Positions 40,588 to 54,515 of a stretch of 64,000 bases of DNA are shown piece by piece. The position numbers and the translations under genes were made by a program. Origin of the DNA: Octopus vulgaris (lineage: Eukaryota). The notes below the pieces were generated by a model. That model did no database searches and had not been told where the DNA came from. It saw only the letters and a program-made list of their open reading frames with translations. Position 1 is the stretch's first letter, and each line of letters opens with the position of its first letter. The stretch is from NCBI GenBank assembly GCA_951406725.2, contig OX597821.1, forward strand, positions 3,906,001-3,970,000. Reading direction: 5' to 3'.

Positions 40588-41390
40588 TATTATATTCTAG
40601 CAAATTGTATATGTGGGTGTGAGCTTGCATGTATGTACGTATGTGGGTGTTTGTATGTAAGTATCTATTTACGTATGTAATATGTCATCAGTAAAAAAAA
40701 AACACATAAAAACATGAATAGTTTCGAGATGAAATCTCACCATAGAAAGAAGATTGAGAAAGATAAACACACATACACACACACATACAAAAAAAAAAAT
40801 AATAATAAGTACACCAAAAAAATTAAAATAAAGTATAAAAATATATACGAGATACAAAGAAACCCTATATATTTTGTTGCTGTAACGAAAGAAAAAAAAA
40901 ACTCTTCGACGAGATATCATAATAGCCGCATAATCTTGCACTAACCTTTTCCTACAGAACATTATACAGATGTATAGTATTGACTGGTAACGAAGTATAG
41001 GCTTAAAAGGTTTTGCAGATTTGCTTTGCATACGTGGAATCGACCATTAAATAAAAGAATAATGGACATTTTTGCTCCAGAAGACATCAATATCATTTTA
41101 TAGAAATTTATGCGGCTAAAATCAATACGACGCCATTGTGTAGCCCCCGAACCAAATGGATCTGGACTCTTTGCAAGGTGTTGCCGTAATGATATATCTT
41201 ATAATTCATGCACAACAACTAATAAGTCGCATTTGATTTTTGTCTATATGAATAACGTATATATTATGTATGTATGTGTATATACTAGTGCCTGTATCTG
41301 CAGTGGACCGTATGTGTTTATGTATCTAACTACATTTTAATGTATATGTGTGTATGCATGTAACGTTCATGCACACACACACACACACAC

Positions 41391-41445
<55 letters not shown>

Positions 41446-41559
41446 CACATATACGAACATACATATGTGTGTGAGTTTTTGGGGTCGGGAATCGTACTCA
41501 TGTCTTCTGAAGCCCAAAGATGTCCCTTATTTATTTGGCTGGCTAATATGACTATTACC

Positions 41560-41730
41560 CCGCTTTCAAAGGTGCAGTTGTCACAATCTGAGTTACGCGA
41601 AATCTCCCTGAGTATTACGTTAATGGTACGCGTGACTCTGGACTGCTGAGTCACTTGCACGTTAATCTCACGAGGACGCTGTTCTGTTAATCGATTCAAC
41701 TGGAACACACCATCGTTAGCGACGGAGATA
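41560..41730 (+). repeat. Probable SINE 3' portion (family C-like)
   Basis: TTGTCAC..GGTAC..TGCT.AG.CA is shared with a more diverged piece at ~49410-49545. Family assignment is from memory only. Confidence 0.4.
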
Positions 41731-41740
41731 CAGTTACTAC

Positions 41741-41802
<62 letters not shown>

Positions 41803-41811
41803 TGTGTGTGC

Positions 41812-41847
<36 letters not shown>

Positions 41848-41899
41848 CTTTCACTCTCCGCAGACACAATTCAGAGGTACATAGATATATAGATTGATT

Positions 41900-42140
41900 T
41901 AACTTTTCCTTTGTTTCAGTTTATGAACTGTGGCCATGATTAGGCCACAGTTCTAATCATTGAAGGGGTTTGTCGAACAGATCGTCGCCTATACGTAATT
42001 TTGTCTCTAACCCAGGTACTGATACTTTTTGCAGCAACCCTCCATTGGGAGCGTCATAAAATCGACTCTAGTTATCGAACGAAGGAGAGGAATGAATACA
42101 AAGCACAACACACGCTATCGTCACGCTATCCCTGCCTGGA
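41900..42140 (-). mobile_element. SINE family B 3' part, diverged
   Basis: TTGTTTCAGT..AACTGTGGCCATG..GTCGAACAGATCG matches the tail of 34278-34400. Confidence 0.55.
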
Positions 42141-42173
42141 AAAACACCGAAGCTCAGACAAACCCAAATTACA

Positions 42174-42246
<73 letters not shown>

Positions 42247-42745
42247 GTTATCATGTACATTGTTTTGTCTTGGTATAAAAGATGGGCTACAGCAAATATT
42301 CTGCTCAATACCACAGATTTGCTTGTCAGTTGTTTGACCGTAACCAGTTGAGCATGCCCCTTAGTGGCTGACGATATGTGCATCTCTGATCACGAGCAGA
42401 AGTAGTGGGGGAGCATCATAGCCATGTGTTGAGAGGGATTCTTTGGGGTTTGAATAATTCACCTCTGGAAACATGGGTGGTTCTTTCAACATCCTTAAAC
42501 AACCCTTATTCAGGGACCTTTTGAGCGGGATGGGCTACTCAACCTGAATAAAATTCTAACTGGGCCCCACCTGCAAGGTCATGTGCTGTTTATCTTGATA
42601 TGAGATCACCATGTCGCGCACATATGGTTGTGATGCATGTGCCTGGTGTGCCTTTATCAGACGGTTAGTCATGATGGGCATATTGGGCTTCGTATATTTT
42701 ACCCCAGTGTCACTTTGATGGCATGAACTGCTCTCTCACTCAATG
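42247..42745 (+). mobile_element. ~500-bp non-coding interspersed repeat between (TAA)n tracts
   Basis: (TAA)n on both sides and an inverted homologue at 16955-17075. Class unknown. Confidence 0.55.
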
Positions 42746-42776
<31 letters not shown>

Positions 42777-43009
42777 AGAAAAACATCCAGATTACATATA
42801 CATTTTTAGTTTATATGAGTAGTTAAAAAACATTACATGAAATATATACCAGTGATATTCTGGTGTTCTTTAGAGAAGTTATAACATATTTACTAATAGC
42901 GGTCGCCGATTTGCTGCCTATTCTAAATATTTTGATATACATTACCAGAGTATGTTCAGCAGACCAGTTTTCTTGTATATTTAAATTCACCGATGTGCCA
43001 TAGCTGTAA

Positions 43010-43465
43010 TATTGGTTTCTATTATAGGCGCAAGGCCTCTAATTTCGGGGTCGGAGTCCTTGTCGATTACATTGACCCAGTTCTTAGTAACCTCGACCCT
43101 GACGGGATAGAAAGCAAAGTCGGCCTCGGCAGAATGTAAAAGCAAAGACAGTCGAAATGCCAAGAGGCATATTTTGTCCGGCGTGCAAAATATTTTGCCA
43201 TTTTGCCCCTTTAAAGCGAAGGCTGTAATAGTACAAGTCTGCATAGGGCAGTGAGATGGTAGAACCGTTAGCACGCCAGGTAAAGTGCCTAGCGGGATTT
43301 CGTCATTGTTTGCGTTCTAAGTTTAACTTCCGCCGACGTTGCCTTTGCCTTTAATCATTTCGGTATCGATAAAAAATTTAAAAAACCGGTAGGCACTGGA
43401 GGCAAAGTAATGGGTTCACTTTTTTCTCGAAATTGGTAGTCGTGAGCCAGAATGGGAAAATAATA
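43010..43465. mobile_element. Two diverged SINE A-related copies head to head (43010-43211 minus; 43245-43465 plus)
   Basis: GCAAAGTCGGCCTCGGCAGAAT..CCGGCGTGC on one copy; AGAACCGTTAGCACGCC..CTTTGCCTTT on the other. Confidence 0.7.
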
Positions 43466-43574
43466 TTACAGGTAGATATTTGTGTTGGTAGCATTATGAA
43501 TGACGCTACTGCGATGGTTGATTGTTGCTGCAAGTGGAATGCAAGATACTCATGATTACGTTGATGATTATAAC

Positions 43575-44337
43575 CATGACGACGATGATGGCGATGACGG
43601 TGCAGCTGCTGGTCTTGGTGATTCTGCTTCTGGTCATTGTTGTGCTTGATGTTGGTGATGTATTATCATGACGTGGGTAACAAAAGCAATAATGATGACG
43701 ACGACGACGACGACGATGATGATGATGACGATGATGACGATGATGATGATGTTTGGCGATGACGGTTCTGCTGCTGGTATTGGTGATGCTGATGCTGGTC
43801 ATTGTTGTTGTAGTTGATATTGGTGATCTGTTGGTGATGTTGGTGACCTGTAACGAAAACAATAATGATGACGACGACGACTACGACGACGATGATGATG
43901 ATGATGATGAAGAAGATGATGATGACGATGATGATGATGATGATGATGATGATGGTGATGAAGACGCTCTTGATGTTGTGTGTTGCTACTGCTTATAATA
44001 ATGATGATGGTAGCGATAAATACACCAAAACGTTGATGAATGTGTTGATGATGATAACGATGATGATGGTGATGGTGATGGTGATGGTGATGATGAGGAG
44101 GAGGAGCAGGAGGAGGAGGAGGTGGAGGAGGATGGTGATGATGGGCGCAGCTTGAGAAGCAACGCATAAGAAGTGGAAGAAGCGGAGGATGGATGGGTGG
44201 ATGGATGGGTGGGAGGATGAGGTGGAGAAAGAGTGGTAAATGAGGATAACCAGGATTAGGCATGAAGATGCGTATCACGGATCGTTTGATGGCGACGGAG
44301 TCGACGACGGTGACGACGACGACAAAATGGAGTTGAA

Positions 44338-44377
<40 letters not shown>

Positions 44378-44470
44378 CTAATGATAATTTTAGTGGATTT
44401 CATAGAGATAAGGATGATGATGATGATGATGGGTATAATAACGATGACTACGGCAATACTGATGATATAC
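43575..44470. repeat. (GAT/GAC/GGT/GGA)n low-complexity block with ~168-bp tandem duplication
   Basis: TGGCGATGACGGT..GCTGCTGGT..CTGGTCATTGTTGT..GTAAC.AAA.CAATAATGATGACGACG occurs at ~43588 and ~43754. Confidence 0.85.
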
Positions 44471-44600
44471 ATTTTTAATTTGGCTGCATCTAATGAAAGT
44501 AGTCGATGTAGTTTGGCAGTTTAATTGAAGGGATGATTGCATTTAAATATCGACTAAATTTTTCTAAGACATGACAGTTGGGGCAGATGTCATTAATCAT

Positions 44601-44636
<36 letters not shown>

Positions 44637-45139
44637 TACACACACAACAATATACTTAACATACAAGTACACAAATGCGTAAATAAGCTCACGTTGGGTT
44701 TCTGACATTGACACGTACACAAAGGCGAACATAAACACACAGAACGCACCGTGGAATGTATCTAGAGGTAAGTAAACAGTAAACACACCGGTATACATGT
44801 ATATACGTGCCTTTATAAGTGTTGGCAAATGCTTACCTGCATATATACACACATGCATACACAAACGCATGCATACACAGTCACAGACACACACATATAA
44901 ATACATATACATGCATATATCTTATGTATATATATATATATATATACACACACATTCATGTATATATAAATATTTATGAGTATATATATATATATACATA
45001 CATATATATATATATACATACATATATATGCATATATATATATATATATATACATATATGCATACATACATATATATATATTCACGTTCACACATATGAG
45101 GATATATATAAACGCCTATATATCCTCATATATATATGA

Positions 45140-45204
<65 letters not shown>

Positions 45205-46119
45205 TATATTCACGTTCACACATATATATGTAGATATATATATACGTCTATATGTTCACATCACAGACACAGACACAGACATACACATGTATACAGACAC
45301 ATACACTCACGCACAAATACGCCGATTGGCAGAATGTTGGTGAAAGAGTGAACGCTATGTATGTAAACCTCTCGCTCATACGTACTTAATTCTGCTGCCA
45401 TGGGTGTTCTTGTCTATGTGAGTGCGTTTAACTATTTGCGTGAGGGTCTGAAACAGTGTTTATATGAGTGAGTCTAACACTGTGTGTTTCTAAGTGTGTA
45501 TGATTCTTGATTCAATAGCAGCGTGTCACCGGAAACACAATTACAACAATAACGAAAAACAATAAAGATAAAATCTTGTAACATCTCTTATATAATTTGT
45601 TGCCAATTCAATCTAATGCGAGGTGCTAAATATTTTGCTATAAATTAACTCCGTTCTAATACACATGCATACATGATTGTGTATATTATACACAAAGTTA
45701 CATATGGAGAAACACACACACAAATACATACGACTCTTTCGATGAGGGGAAACCTGAAAGTAATGTATAAGTTCCAATTTGAGATATCTCGGCAACGAAT
45801 TAATAACCATAAACTCTATTCTTTTAGAGAGGATATATGGACATGTGAGTATGTGTGTGTGTGGGTATGTGGGGAAGTGGGTGCGTGCGTTTGTGTCCCT
45901 GTAGTCTATAACTACGATCACTTACCTAATTACATTTTAGTAGTCGTTCGCACTGCTGGAGTTTGCAGCCAAATTTCCTTTAGATATACACTACCGTCTT
46001 AAGTAAGTGGGATTCTATGTAATGTAGAATAAGTTCTTAATACACATGAACATAATGCAAAGTGTGCTAAACAACCATATTCATATTCTCATCTGTTTGT
46101 TACCAGAAACTATGGACTT

Positions 46120-46505
46120 AAGGCGGCGAGCTGGCAGAAACGTTGGCACGCCGGGCGAAATGCTCAGCGGTATTTCGTCTGCGAATACGTTCTGTGTTCA
46201 AATTTCACCGAAGTCGACTTTACCTTTCATCCTTTCGGGGTCGATAAATTAAGGACCAGTTACCTACTGGGGTCGATATAATCGACTTAATCCGTTTGTC
46301 TGTCCTTGTTTGTCAAGAAATAGGTATTTTGTCTGCCGTTACGTTCTGAGTTCAAATTCCGCCAGGGTCGACTTTGCCTTTCATTTTTCGGGGTCGATAA
46401 ATTAAGTTCCAATTACGCATTGGAGTCGATGTTATTGTCTTAATCCCTTTGTCTGTTCTTGTTTGTCCCCTCCATGTTTAGCTCCTCGTGGGCAATAAAG
46501 AAATA
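46120..46505 (+). mobile_element. SINE family A with 3' part duplicated
   Basis: 15-bp TSD AGAAACTATGGACTT at 46105-46119 and 46506-46520. The second unit restarts at GGTATTTTGTCTGCCG. Confidence 0.93.
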
Positions 46506-48008
46506 AGAAACTATGGACTTTTGCACTTTTCTTCAGACAAGATTTCATTCATTGTCATCTTTGCGAGTTTTTATTATAATTCTTGACATGTATACACTGT
46601 TGCACTTTCTTCCGGTAACTCTAGAAAGCGACTATGTTGAGCTTTAGGCTAGGCTTTATAGTTTAAGCCCATGTTTAACTTTCACCTTTTTCAAATTTAC
46701 GTGCAGTGTTTTCAATCGAATGTTTTAAAATGTTGTCAAGTCTTACTCGATTTTGGACTGATGTCACTGTTTATTACGTCTTATTAGCTGATATCATTAT
46801 GACGAACTATATACTTCTAGCTTTGCACCCATGATGATATCAGTTGTGATGACGTCTTTCATTATTCCACGAATTATTTCAATTCTGATGACGTCTTTGA
46901 GTATTCGGCTGTAGACATGCTCAAGCTTTCTTAAGAGTTCCGGTATCAGGAGAGAAATTAAACAGTTTTGGAAGTTCTACGTAACATTTCTGGGAATGTT
47001 ACCGTCGTGAAATACCGTTATATCTCAAAACTAATCCAAACTAAAAGAGTTCAGCTGACGCTACTGGTGTGTCTATTGTGTCTATGATTTATTGTATTAA
47101 AAAAAAATCAATACATTTCTTATGTTACTGACCTATTGATCAGCAAGGTTTTCACAAGGTAGTAACAGAATTCGACTGCCGAACCATTCTGTTACTACCT
47201 TAACAATGCGTGTTACTACCTTGACAATGCAGAATGACATGTTACTGGAGAAGATAAATTCCATTTCACTATGAGTTCATCAACAAAATATACTGAAGAT
47301 ATTGATTAACTCTTGATCCATATAATTTTTTGCTGAGGTGGCCAACTAGGTTATAGTTTCTACAGGCCAAAGTAAAGCAGCTGAGTAATCCTTTGAAAGC
47401 CTCTCAGGAGCGCAATATAGATGTATGTTATCTACAATCAATCTTTCTATGATCTGTGTTTTTACCTTAATTCGGTTTCTGTTTTATTTTTTCTCTCGAA
47501 TAAACCCATAGTTTAACAATTCCCCGGGTTTAATGTTTGTCGAAAGAAATACGTCACCGTATGATAACATGATAATTGAGCAACAACTGTACGAAAAGAA
47601 GGATATTGAAATTTCAGGGTGCAAGAAGAGGTCCCTTCATCATTCCTACGAGAATCATGGAGATGTGATGTCATTTTGGGTTGAACCTTAGAAGTTTATA
47701 ATAAATCTAAATAACCTAAATAAACATTATGGTTCTTAAGACTTGGTCAAAATGTCACGTTCTTCTGATAAACACAAAAGCATTTCTCAGATCGATTAAC
47801 AGAATCTGGACTGAGTGTATTTTCTTCGGTATATATAGAAGTTAACTAATGGAGAATATCACATCGACTGTTGAAATTTCGCTTCAGAATCCACATTTTG
47901 ATCGTTGGAGAAAAGGTGAACAGCAACCAATTCATTCCTGATGAGTATCATACGGGCCAAAATATTGAGATTGTTCTTTAAGATATTGGATTAGTACATA
48001 GAAACATT

Positions 48009-48200
48009 AGGCGGCGATGTGACAGAATCGTTCGCACACTGGGTAAAATGCTTAGTGACATTTCGTCCGTCTTCACGTTCTGAGTTCAAATTCCACCGAA
48101 GTTGACTATGACATTCATTTATTTCGAGTCGATAGAATAATTATTAGTTGAACACTGGAGTTGATGTAATCCAGTAAACCATCACACAAAATTGACTTCT
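48009..48200 (+). mobile_element. SINE A-related diverged copy
   Basis: AGGCGGCGA..CAGAATCGTT..ACGTTCTGAGTTCAAATTCC..GTCGATA. Confidence 0.75.
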
Positions 48201-48422
48201 AAATTATTTCAACGATTTCTGAAATATAAAAAGTGGACTTCAATGGGAATCACACTCTAAACGTAAAGAATGGTAACTAAACAGGCACTTATGGAAAGAA
48301 ATAGTATTTAGCTCCTCTACTTTTCTTTTTGCGGTTTTTGTACTTGTAATAGGTTCATTTATATATACAACCAATAAATATTAATATCACTGTCATATGT
48401 GCGTGAGCGTGGATGTGTGTAC

Positions 48423-48491
<69 letters not shown>

Positions 48492-49616
48492 CGTGTGTGT
48501 GCGTGTGTGCGTGTATGTATCAACTAACACCAATATATTCTTTAAAGAATGAAAAAATAACGTAAACATCTATATAAATATTTATCTATATATGTGCGCT
48601 AAAAAATGTAAATGGGAAATATAAAGATAATCTGTAATTCTATATTGTAATATCATAAAGATAATTAGATAGAATAAACAAGGCAAAAATAAATATCGTG
48701 AGGATTAATAACAATGTACAATAGTTTTAAAAGAAAAGGAAATCGAAGCTGAAGTAGGAGGAATTATTTGCATACAAAAGGACGAAACTATAAAATTTGG
48801 TTTTTATATGTGATGAGAACAGAATTCAATGAAAAGGATTGGAGTAAGTCAAAACATATGAAACATAGATTAAAACAGCGTTAGTAAAAATCAGTTCCAC
48901 ACCAGTAAAATCAAATATTCTGCTGTTTCTAAATTCTATTGATAGTCCGAAGTAAGGGTGTCATGGAATCAGATTATCCGGTGCGGCCGCTTGGGCACTG
49001 GCAATTTGCAGATGTGACTGCACATTGAATATGTTTTGGTGTTTGTAACCTTTGAAACTAAAGGTAAACACACTGGAACACACGAACATTTGCAGAACTC
49101 TGCGCATACACAAAGATTGAAAGGGTGACAGAGACGAGGAAGGAAAGTTGCTCCAAATGGGAATAAAAATCCAAATTAAGGGAATGAAACAGGTAAAATG
49201 CATGCATCTTATATTTCTTAGCTCGCTGAAGCTCTTCGTATAATAGTTATGCAACAATCTATGCTGATCGTAGCTAATCAAGACTGATCTCATTGCGTAT
49301 CGTCTTAAGCAAATGTCATTTTACTTCGGTCTCAAGAAGATTAGATCACTTGTGAGAAAATTAGGTACACAGAAACTTTGTGGCAGCCCATTCGACTAAT
49401 CTGTAAGTCTGATGGAACCTTGTCACCCAATGTGTCATGGTTGTGCTTCCTGGAAAATTCCATTGTGGGTACAAGTGTATGTAGAATGCTCAGCCATTAA
49501 TAAGCAACAATTCCAGTTGGTTTAGCAACTGATTCCTTACCGTTGGAAATTTCAGTCCATCCGTTTATCTACACACACATATACATCTGTGTGCATAAAC
49601 GCGCGCGTGTGTGTGT

Positions 49617-49704
<88 letters not shown>

Positions 49705-49723
49705 AAGTATATATATGTATCTG

Positions 49724-49780
<57 letters not shown>

Positions 49781-49827
49781 ACATATATATATATATATAT
49801 GTGTGTTTGTGTATATGTATATTTGTG

Positions 49828-49858
<31 letters not shown>

Positions 49859-49980
49859 ATATATTATACACATATATCTTATATATATATACATACATAC
49901 ATACATATATTTGTGCATATATATGTATATATTATATATATATCTTTCTTATATATACATACATATATATATATATTTAC

Positions 49981-50026
<46 letters not shown>

Positions 50027-50565
50027 GCATATATATACATAGAGACTGAGAGAGAGAGAGAAAGAAGGCAAGCATTGGAGAAAGAAAGGGAGAGGGAAAT
50101 ATGATTTTGGAGAGTTAAACTCGATAATGAAGTGAGCCGGAAGCTGACGTTGGCTCTAGAGTTGCGCTAAGGAGATGGAATGTTAGCTAATTAGGTACGC
50201 ATAATGACAATTATGTAATATCATTGAATAATCGATTGAATGAAACTAGAACGATTCTGTTCGTTATTCTATGTATCCTGAAAGCATGAAAGGTCACGAA
50301 GCCTTTGGCTGCCTTTGAACTCTGAACATACGGTTTCTCCACTCTCTTCAAATATCGCAATTAATAATATTTCCATTGAAGAGACATAAGTATAAGTAGT
50401 GAAGAAGTACGCATTCACATAATGTTTCACTTTTCCCATCCCATCACCAGCATCCATGGTAGTTGTTAAGAAGTCTTATGTATGATTATCTACGTCATAA
50501 ATATTCCATAGGAAAATGGGACTAATTTGACTCTAGTTTCTAGTGTGGTCAAACATGACACAGAA

Positions 50566-50604
<39 letters not shown>

Positions 50605-51018
50605 TGCATATATGATATACTTCTTCACTTTCTATGTTTTTTTAACTCTACTCGTATTTTGAAATTATTTTCTGTACTGCTGGGATCTCTATTCCGTTAT
50701 ACTCACAACTGTGGTTAGTAGCCTTAGACATTCCGAGCAATGCAATAACTAGCAGTTCACTCAGTGTGACTGTTGGCCAAGCCAGTTCTCACCAATTATC
50801 ACTGAACCATGTAAGTTATCAAAATTTACATACTCTTCCCACCCACATCTGATATAAAAGCAGTAACTTCTTTTGTTTAGCACAAGGCCACTATTTGTAA
50901 GACGATTGGGTCAGTTGGTTCAGTTAACCCCTGTAACTTACTAGGTACATTACCCAAGTGAGGTAACAGAGACTAACAGAGTGAGTAAATGAACCAGTAT
51001 GTAAACAACTGTGTGTTT

Positions 51019-51139
<121 letters not shown>

Positions 51140-51311
51140 TAGATATATATACGGGTGTGTGTGATTGTGTATAGAAGAATATATTGGTAAAAGGAATTCC
51201 CACCTTGTCTGATTTTCACGTTTTATTTACAATTTTATAATGATATAATATAATATAATATAATAAAATAAAATAAAATAAAATAATAGAATGTTAAATG
51301 TTCATTCTGAT

Positions 51312-51356
51312 TGAGCTAGTACTTTCATGCATTAAATTCTGCAATCTTCAGGTTCA
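51312..51356 (-). ncRNA. Minimal type I hammerhead ribozyme
   Basis: Minus strand: UGAAC-CUGAAGA-UUGCA[GAAUUUAA]UGCAU-GAAA-GUAC-UA-GCUCA. Intact core and palindromic stem III; one stem I mismatch and U.U at the base of stem II. Confidence 0.75.
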
Positions 51357-51783
51357 TGTAGTAGTTGTGACAGTCATGCTTCACAATTTTTGACTGTGGC
51401 GAGATGATTAAATCCATGCCTTAAATACAGCTGTATAGACTCCAGATTGCTAGGTTTTGCAAACTGTATTCTGACCTATCAGTGTGTAGTATCACTCAAT
51501 TACTTAAGCTGATTGGTTGGTTGATTTGATTGGTTTAGGCGTCACGCTTTGTTGGACATATCAAGAGTCCTGTATCTTAACCCTGGCCGAGGCAGCAATT
51601 GTTGGGTTATTTTTAGAAATGTTGTAAATAGCCTTTGTCAGAGATTTTTATATTTTTATATTTCAATTGTCATCATCATCATCATTGTCAGCACCTTAAT
51701 AATTTGTTGCTGGTGGTGATGGTGGTGGCAATAGAACTTTTAACCCTAAATAAGATAATTTTCCTGCTATCTAAGTATCATTA

Positions 51784-52220
51784 TTATTGCTTATTTAGCT
51801 TGGGTTCGAATTTATCAATAAAATTCTTTTCTCTGATTTTCCTGTCGATTTCACTTGGGCTGTGTAATTTGTAGAATGGAAATATTATATATATTTTCCG
51901 ACCACGTGTTGCTAGGTGGTTACTCAAATGTATCTTCCCGACCTCTGGGTCTCTAATCTGTTGTCGGTGTACGCGTGAGCGTTCTGATAGTGCATTTCCC
52001 GTCTGACCTACATATATTTCTTCACAATTCGGGCATTTGATGCAGTAAATTAAATTTTTGCTTTTGCAGTTCATATTCACGTTTGTGAATATTTTCCCGG
52101 TTTTTGTGTTTATATATTGGCCGGTATGTATGAATTGGCATGTGCCACAGCGGCTATCATTTCATTTAGATACAGTGAATGTTTGGTCTTTGTTGCTAAG
52201 GTAAAATTTTGCCTTTGTTA
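51784..52220 (-). pseudogene. Penelope-type GIY-YIG endonuclease with upstream Cys linker
   Basis: ..SK*NDSRCGTC..MNCKSKNLIYCIKCPNCEEIYVGQTGNALSERSRVHR..IREKNFIDKFEPKLN*. Confidence 0.88.
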
Positions 52221-52221
52221 G

Positions 52222-52458
52222 TATATTGAAAAGGCATGGAAGAGATACGTTGACGACTGCTTCATAATCTGGACAGAATCTCTAAATACCCTGGAAGAGT
52301 TCAATATCCTCCTGAACAACCTACACCGATCTCTCCAATTTACAAAGGAGATGAGTAGTACCAAATTACCATTCCTAGATATAATGGTAATTAAAAAAGA
52401 CACCACCATCACCACAGATATATACTATAAACACACAGCAGCACATCAATACCTAAAT
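52222..52458 (+). pseudogene. Penelope-type reverse transcriptase segment (inverted)
   Basis: YIEKAWKRYVDDCFIIW..LNNLHRSLQFTKE..LPFLDIMV..TDIYYKHTAAHQYLN in one open frame. Confidence 0.88.
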
Positions 52459-54024
52459 GCAACCAGGCATTTTGCGATACTTTTAAAACAGAAACCCACC
52501 ATAACTACGTATGCGTGTGCGCGTGTGCATGTTTATGTGTGTGTGCGTGTGTGTTAAATAAAATAACACAACAAAGCCAGGCAGTGTTAAATTTCTAGGA
52601 ACTTTATAAAAAAAGGTAGTCTTGCAGCTGTTTCAGGTATATAAAAGATGTAAAATAAGTTATTTTGGAAAGGGAGAGATGTAAGAAGTATAAAGGGAAA
52701 TATAAGAATTATAATATATATGTTGGACATTGAAGTTGCTATTCCATTATCCAATGAATGTGCCGTGTAGAATGGATAAAGAGGCATCTTCATGGTATGT
52801 AAAATCCGATAGGAGTTCATATTTTGTTATTTATAAATGGATAGTGTACAGATATTAATTCTATGTGGTGTTCATTCAAAGGGATCTTGTAGTATAAATA
52901 AAATGTTGAGAATATACTGGTGGGAGGGGGAATAGAGAGAAGAGAATAGAAAAGGATAGATAAGAATGTTAAAAGGAAGAAAAATGGTGTTGGTCAAAAA
53001 GATTATGGGAAGAAAAACAAGAAACAAAGAAATAGATAGAGAAAAGGAAAAAGAGAGTGCTAGGTGGTGGTCAAGATATTGTGAGGGTGGGGGGAGGAGA
53101 GCTATCAGTAGATAAAAGGAACATGAGGCGGGATAGAAGGAAGAGATAAGAATGTAAAGAAGGAACATGTGTGAGAAGTGCTGGGGGTGAGGTGATATGT
53201 TTGAAAAGGCAATAAGGTGGGGGGATAAAGAAAGTGGTGCGGAGGGGGTACTAGAGGCGCTAATCGTGGATTGTTCTGACTACCTCCTTCTTCTTAACAC
53301 CCCCCCCCACACAGACAGACACACGGACACAGACACACATACACATACATACATACATATATTTACATGTATTCATGTGTGCATGTGTGTTCGTGTGTGT
53401 TTATATAAGCACGCTTGAGCACAATCACACTCACATTTATTACTTTCATTCTCTGAATCTGAGAGAACGAGAATTAAAACTTAAAACTCAAAATATGGAC
53501 AGTATGTTTATTACAAACTACCCATATGGAATATGGGTATATGTTTATTACATATAAAATTGATGTCATATTTAACAGTCGTTTTCAGCGTTGTGAATGT
53601 CCCCGCACAGGTTTCTCCTCTGCTCGTACAGTCAGGAACGATTTCACTCGTATATCTGTTATGTCCAAACAACCAGTAGTATATAGGTAAGTTGGTTTTT
53701 ATTCGTTGCATGTTAACTCATTTCGCAGTTCTCTGGTAGTGAGAGAAATACCTCTACAGCCAGTTGTATGTCCGGATCGTCAGAGATTTATTATACAAGT
53801 GGTCACCATAAAATATTTGTCACCTGAAAATATTTGAAAATATGCTTACAAGAAACACTATGGGATAAGAGATCCACTGTTAAAAGGATCAACCCGATTA
53901 GAGCTATCTTGAAATGACATGTACACTTAAAAATTCAGAGATGTTGGTAAACATGCGTTAAATTTATTGAGAGTAAAGTAAGTTTCAGATCTCTTTAAAG
54001 TAAATCTTATATTTCTTATATTTC

Positions 54025-54226
54025 TTCTTTAGAGGCTTCAGTCATTTCACTGTGACCAATACAGATTTTAGTCCAAGATATCGCACACAGGATTGATTTT
54101 TTTTCAGCTCAGCATCTATTCTAGCTATTTTGCCGAACCGCCAAGTTACGGCAACTTAAACACAGCACCACCAGCTGTCATGCGTTGGTTGGGGCAAATA
54201 CAGACACAAAGCCATACACACATTTG

Positions 54227-54263
<37 letters not shown>

Positions 54264-54515
54264 ATATGTTACAATTACTCAATGGTCAAGATAAAACTCT
54301 GAGTTTCAGATGCCGAAGTGGAAATTCACAACACCATCTCTTCTATATATATCATGGACTTCTTTAACGTTTCATCTTCCAAATCCACTCACAAGGCTTT
54401 GGTCGGCCTGAGATTGTAATAGAAGACATTCGTCCACGGTTTTACACGGTGGGTATAAACCAGGAACCATGAGGTTGGGAACCAAGCTTTATACCACACA
54501 ACCATTCCTGCACCA
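54025..54515 (-). mobile_element. SINE family B, diverged, with an insert in its (TA)n
   Basis: TTTTGCCGAACCGCCAAGTTACGG..CCAAATCCACTCACAAGGCTTTGGTCGGCC..GGAACCAT..CCACACAACCATTCCTGC. Confidence 0.75.

Larger units (their letters stand above)
51173..52460 (-). mobile_element. Penelope-like element 3' portion with inverted 5' segment
   Basis: GIY-YIG, Cys linker, 3' region and hammerhead on minus; RT segment on plus. Confidence 0.85.

Noticed and set aside
42369-42410. Hammerheads at isolated CTGANGA sites (also near 1161, 25271, 27246, 46884, 47938, 53777, 54718)
   Set aside because: No correctly placed GAAA or paired stems.
47540-47900. piggyBac-like transposase remnant (PYDNMIIEQQL, GQNVT)
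   Set aside because: The motifs are too short and not collinear in one frame.
48989-49010. miR-96/263-like sequence CTTGGGCACTGGC
   Set aside because: It has an extra G in the seed and no precursor-length hairpin.
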